DNA from: Actinomycetota bacterium | GTDB taxonomy: Bacteria > Actinomycetota > Humimicrobiia > Humimicrobiales > Humimicrobiaceae | DNA: 64,000 nucleotides | NCBI GenBank assembly: GCA_016870615.1 | Contig: VGAZ01000001.1 | Span: 6,481 to 70,480 of the forward strand | Reading direction: 5' to 3' | Shown: positions 60,105-64,000 of the stretch, one piece after another | Layout: each line of letters starts with the position of its first letter | How positions within the stretch are numbered: the first letter of the stretch is position 1 | Program-made: the position numbers and the translations under genes | Notes under the pieces: generated by a model | The model's database searches: none | What the model saw: the letters and a program-made list of their open reading frames with translations, nothing else | What the model was told of the DNA's origin: nothing

Positions 60105-61829
60105 ATGGATAAAAAAGAAATAGTTTCTGTTTTAAATAAAATAAGCATACTGTATGAGCTAAAAGGCGAAAACTTCTTTAAAATACGGGCATACCAGGCT
60201 GCTGCAAGGGCGCTTGAACTATCTGATATCAATATAGATAGCAATACTTTAGAAAGTGAACTCATTTCAATAAAAGGAGTAGGCAAAAGCATAGCCGCCC
60301 AGATAATTGAGCTTTCCAAAAACGAGTTGCCTGATTTATATAAAAACCTTAAATCATCAATTCCTGCCGGTCTTCTGGAAATGCTTAAAATACAAAAACT
60401 TGGGCCCAAAAAAATAAAATTTCTTTATGATGAAATGGGCATTTCAGATATTGGCCAGCTTGAATCAGCATGCATTGAAAACAGGATTGCAGGGCTTCCA
60501 AATTTCGGCAAAAAAACGCAGGACAATATACTTCACGGCATTGAACTGGTAAAGAAATTCAGTGAAGCCTTTCTTTACAGCATTGCTGCAGGCCAGGCAG
60601 AAACAATAGTGGAAAAATTACAAAGCTCAGGGCATATTACACATATCAGCATTGCAGGAAGCCTCAGGAGAAAAAAAGGCGTGGTAAAGGATATTGATAT
60701 AGTGGCCTGCACACAAAACCCTGGTGATGCAATGGATATTTTCACAGGGCTTTCCCAGGTAAGTGAAATTACAGCAAAGGGGGAAACAAAGTCATCAGTA
60801 AGGCTGAAATCAGGTATTAATGCAGATTTAAGGATTGTTGAAAACTTCCAGTATCCTTATGCGCTTCATCATTTTACAGGCAGCAAGGAACATAATACTG
60901 CAATGAGGTCACTTGCAAAAAAATCAGGCATTAAGATGAACGAATACGGGCTGTTTAAAAATGATAAGCTGATTAAATGCAGGGATGAAAAGGAAATATT
61001 TTCTGTATTTAATATGGAATATATTGAACCTGAATTAAGGGAAAATACCGGCGAGATTGAAGCAGCAGCTTCTCGTAGTCTGCCCGGCATCATAGATGAT
61101 AAAGATATCCTGGGGCTTTTCCATTTCCACACTGATTACTCAGATGGAAATATGAGCTTAAGACAGGCAACTGTGCGCCTTATTGAAATGGGTTTCTCTT
61201 ACTGCGGCATTTCCGATCATTCAAAAACAGCTGCTTATGCCGGGGGGATTGCAGATGAAAAAATTGCTGCATATATTGAAAACACTAATATTGTAAAGAA
61301 CGAATTTAAAGAATTTACAATATTTAGCGGAATTGAGTCTGACATCCTTGCAGACGGCAGCCTTGACTACAGTGACGAAATACTTTCACTTTTTGACTTT
61401 GTAATAATAGCGGTTCATTCCAGTTTTAACATGAACCGCAAAGCAATGACAGAGCGGATAATAAAAGGGATGCAAAACAGGTTTGCAACAATACTGGCTC
61501 ATCCAACCGGCAGGCTTTTGCTTGCAAGGGATCCTTATGATGTTGATATAAACGAAATTATTGATGCTGCCAGTGCTTATAATGTTGATATAGAAATAAA
61601 TGCAAGCCCCTTCAGGCTTGATCTTGACTGGCAGAACTGCAAGTATGCAAAAGAAAAAAATGTGAAAATTTTTATAAACCCCGATGCCCACAGCCTTGAA
61701 GGATTTAATGATTACAGATACGGCGTAAATGTTGCAAGAAAAGGCTGGCTTGAAAAAACAGATATTGTAAACACCTGGCAAGCTGATAAAGTGGCTCTTC
61801 ATTTAAGCCGTAAAAAACAGGCCAAATAA
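60105..61829 (+). CDS. polX: DNA polymerase X family protein with PHP domain (second paralog)
   Basis: It has HhH motifs, the GSLRRKKGVVKDIDIV palm and a PHP domain (HFHTDYSDG...ISDHS). Confidence 0.85.
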   Translation: MDKKEIVSVLNKISILYELKGENFFKIRAYQAAARALELSDINIDSNTLESELISIKGVGKSIAAQIIELSKNELPDLYKNLKSSIPAGLLEMLKIQKLGPKKIKFLYDEMGISDIGQLESACIENRIAGLPNFGKKTQDNILHGIELVKKFSEAFLYSIAAGQAETIVEKLQSSGHITHISIAGSLRRKKGVVKDIDIVACTQNPGDAMDIFTGLSQVSEITAKGETKSSVRLKSGINADLRIVENFQYPYALHHFTGSKEHNTAMRSLAKKSGIKMNEYGLFKNDKLIKCRDEKEIFSVFNMEYIEPELRENTGEIEAAASRSLPGIIDDKDILGLFHFHTDYSDGNMSLRQATVRLIEMGFSYCGISDHSKTAAYAGGIADEKIAAYIENTNIVKNEFKEFTIFSGIESDILADGSLDYSDEILSLFDFVIIAVHSSFNMNRKAMTERIIKGMQNRFATILAHPTGRLLLARDPYDVDINEIIDAASAYNVDIEINASPFRLDLDWQNCKYAKEKNVKIFINPDAHSLEGFNDYRYGVNVARKGWLEKTDIVNTWQADKVALHLSRKKQAK

Positions 61830-62038
61830 AGTTCCGTTCGCAGTCATTTATATAAATAATATTCTCCTCCATAATTATAAAGTTCCAAAAACCCTTACGG
61901 AAAACTATTAAAATTATATCTTCCTGCCTCTAATATTTAACATAGATTTAACCTGCAATTAACCTATATGAAAAAATAACAGTATAAAATCCCTTTAAAT
62001 TTAAAAAATATTATCAAAAAAGTTAGAAAGGGTATTTT

Positions 62039-63298
62039 ATGGAACCGGAAATGGCAATTGATTTTATCTGGATTCTGCTTGCTGCTTTTCTTGTTTTTTT
62101 AATGCATGCAGGATTTACGCTTGTTGAGGTTGGATTTACGCGGGCCAAAAATTCAGTGAATATTATCATGAAAAACTTCATGACCATTTCACTGGGACTG
62201 TTAATCTATTTTCTTATAGGTTATGGGCTGATGTTCGGCACGTCTGCAGGCGGATTTATAGGCACTGATAATTTTATATTAAGGCTTGCAGGAAACGGAG
62301 ATACTTCAAATTTTGTTATATGGCTTTTCCAGGCAGTATTTGCCGCAACTGGTGCAACAATAGTATCAGGAGCAATGGCTGAGAGAACAAAATTCCCCAG
62401 CTACCTTGTATTTTGCCTGGTGATTACTGCTTTTGTATACCCGGTGGTGGGCCACTGGGTGTGGGGCGGCGGATGGCTTGCTGATATGGGCTTTATTGAT
62501 TTTGCAGGTTCAACAGTCGTTCACTCAGTTGGCGGTTTTTCAGCTCTTGCAGGCGCCATGATTCTTGGCCCAAGACTGGGCAAATATAATAAAGACAAAT
62601 CATCCAATGCTTTTCCCGGGCATAATATACCGCTTGCTGCGCTCGGTGTCTTGATTCTATGGTTTGGATGGTTCGGGTTTAATGCCGGAAGCACACTATC
62701 CGGTTCAAGCCCTGCAATTTCTTTTATTGCGGTAAATACTGCACTTGCAGGAGCTGCAGGGGCGCTGGGTTCAATGGCTTATGTGTGGATAAAGTATAAA
62801 AAGCCTGATGCATCAATGGTTTTAAACGGCGCGCTTGCGGGCCTTGTGGGCATAACTGCAGGATGTGCAGTGGTGTCACCTGTTAGCGCTATGATAATAG
62901 GATTTATAGCTGGTATAATTGTCGTTGTTTCAGTTGAACTGTTTGACCGAAAATTGCGTATTGATGATCCTGTAGGCGCTATATCTGTGCATGGCATATG
63001 CGGCGTATTTGGAACTCTTGCTGTCGGGTTTTTTGCCCAGTCTTCATATGTAGAGATTGCCGGTTTTCCAGGGGCAAGCGGGCTTTTCTTTGGCGGAGGA
63101 GCTAAACTTTTATTGACACAGCTTATAGGCTCAGCAAGCGCAGTGGCCTGGAGCTTTTCTATAATGCTTGTTTTATTTGTTGCAATGAAATATACAATAG
63201 GCCTGAGGGTGTCAAGAAATGAAGAACTGAAAGGCCTTGACATACCCGAGCATGGAATGGAAGCATACAGCGGATTCCAGATTTTTACAAACGAATAG
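62039..63298 (+). CDS. amtB: ammonium transporter
   Basis: An Amt/MEP fold is supported by 11 TM helices and conserved FAATGATIVSGAMAER and FGFNAGS segments. Confidence 0.9.
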   Translation: MEPEMAIDFIWILLAAFLVFLMHAGFTLVEVGFTRAKNSVNIIMKNFMTISLGLLIYFLIGYGLMFGTSAGGFIGTDNFILRLAGNGDTSNFVIWLFQAVFAATGATIVSGAMAERTKFPSYLVFCLVITAFVYPVVGHWVWGGGWLADMGFIDFAGSTVVHSVGGFSALAGAMILGPRLGKYNKDKSSNAFPGHNIPLAALGVLILWFGWFGFNAGSTLSGSSPAISFIAVNTALAGAAGALGSMAYVWIKYKKPDASMVLNGALAGLVGITAGCAVVSPVSAMIIGFIAGIIVVVSVELFDRKLRIDDPVGAISVHGICGVFGTLAVGFFAQSSYVEIAGFPGASGLFFGGGAKLLLTQLIGSASAVAWSFSIMLVLFVAMKYTIGLRVSRNEELKGLDIPEHGMEAYSGFQIFTNE

Positions 63299-63354
63299 AA
63301 TAATGTATTTTATTAAATAAAAAATATTGTCAAATTATTTACAGGGAGAAGAAA

Positions 63355-63696
63355 ATGAAATTAATTATAGCGATGATACAGCCTCATAAGCTTCCTGATG
63401 TTAAAAAAGCTCTTTTTGAAGAGGACGTATTCAAAATGACTGTAACCAATGTGCTGGGATGCGGACAGCAGAAAGGCTATACTGAAACATACAGGGGCGT
63501 AATATATGAGGTGAATCTTTTAAAGAAGGTAAGGCTTGAAATAGCAGTAAACGATGATTTTGTCGAAAGGACAATAAAAGCTATTAAAAAAGGGGCATAT
63601 ACCGGTAATATAGGGGATGGAAAGATATTTGTTCTTGATTTGCCCAGATGCATCAGGATAAGGACAGGCGAAGAAGGCCATGATGCAATAGGCTAA
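63355..63696 (+). CDS. glnK: nitrogen regulatory protein P-II
   Basis: The 113-aa product has a T-loop region GYTETYRG and a C-terminal DGKIFV motif. It is adjacent to amtB. Confidence 0.9.
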   Translation: MKLIIAMIQPHKLPDVKKALFEEDVFKMTVTNVLGCGQQKGYTETYRGVIYEVNLLKKVRLEIAVNDDFVERTIKAIKKGAYTGNIGDGKIFVLDLPRCIRIRTGEEGHDAIG

Positions 63697-63724
63697 GCAG
63701 AATAACTGCTCTATTCTATTGATT

Positions 63725-63790
63725 AAAGCAGGCAATAAAGAAGTGCTTGAACTTTGCAGTTAAAAGAAGCCCTTTATTGCCTGCTTCTTA
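63725..63790 (+). terminator. long stem-loop (15-bp arms AAGCAGGCAATAAAG / CTTTATTGCCTGCTT) after glnK
   Basis: A perfect 15-bp inverted repeat with a ~22-nt loop is followed by a T-rich tract. Confidence 0.45.
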
Positions 63791-64000
63791 TTATGCAAAA
63801 TGATATATTATGTTCTTGAATAAAATGATAATTATCCCGGATAAAATAAGATGCAAAATAAGCAGGAAAATTTAAATTACTGTAAACAATTTTTAGAAAA
63901 ATATATAATTAAGAATTATTTCTACAAATCTTAATGTTTTAAAAAATGAAGAAATCAAATTTTGATCTTTACGCGCCGGCATTTAATAATATAGATAAGA

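Overview
This is a low-GC bacterial chromosomal window, probably from an anaerobe: it is rich in Fe-S proteins, carries an archaeal-type split glutamate synthase and several corrinoid-dependent methyltransferase components, and shows a strong Lys/Ile/Asn codon bias. It is densely coding on both strands. Supported content, left to right: an AIM24-family protein; two divergent PlsY-like acyltransferase paralogs; a GT2 and a GT4 glycosyltransferase; a five-gene archaeal-type glutamate synthase cluster on the minus strand (amidotransferase, FMN domain, ferredoxin, FAD oxidoreductase, GXGXG domain); class II fructose-bisphosphate aldolase; a GAF-ANTAR regulator; tRNA-Glu(CUC) followed by a small toxin-antitoxin/defence-like islet (NTase-fold protein plus small partner, then an XRE-Panacea antitoxin with a RelE/ParE-like toxin); an Flp pilin; a GltS-like symporter; a MATE exporter; a membrane pyrophosphatase; an SPFH protein; RNase P RNA next to a conserved RNase H / zinc-ribbon / Nif3 block; a perR-katG operon with a canonical Per box; VapBC and HicBA modules flanking tRNA-Met(CAU); rhaA; radC; a 1028-aa fused FAD/Fe-S/CCG oxidoreductase with a Met-rich tail and a duplicated 3' end; two PolX polymerases; pcm; two radical SAM proteins; and amtB-glnK. 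The most unusual locus is a ~14 kb minus-strand cluster (about 45.9-59.9 kb). A LacI regulator heads two corrinoid proteins, three UroD/MtaA-family methyltransferases, a frameshifted MttB-family methyltransferase, a CUT2-type sugar ABC transporter, rhamnose mutarotase and a sugar-phosphate isomerase TIM-barrel protein. This suggests an undescribed corrinoid-dependent demethylation route for a methylated sugar or related compound. No CRISPR array, integrase or transposase was seen.
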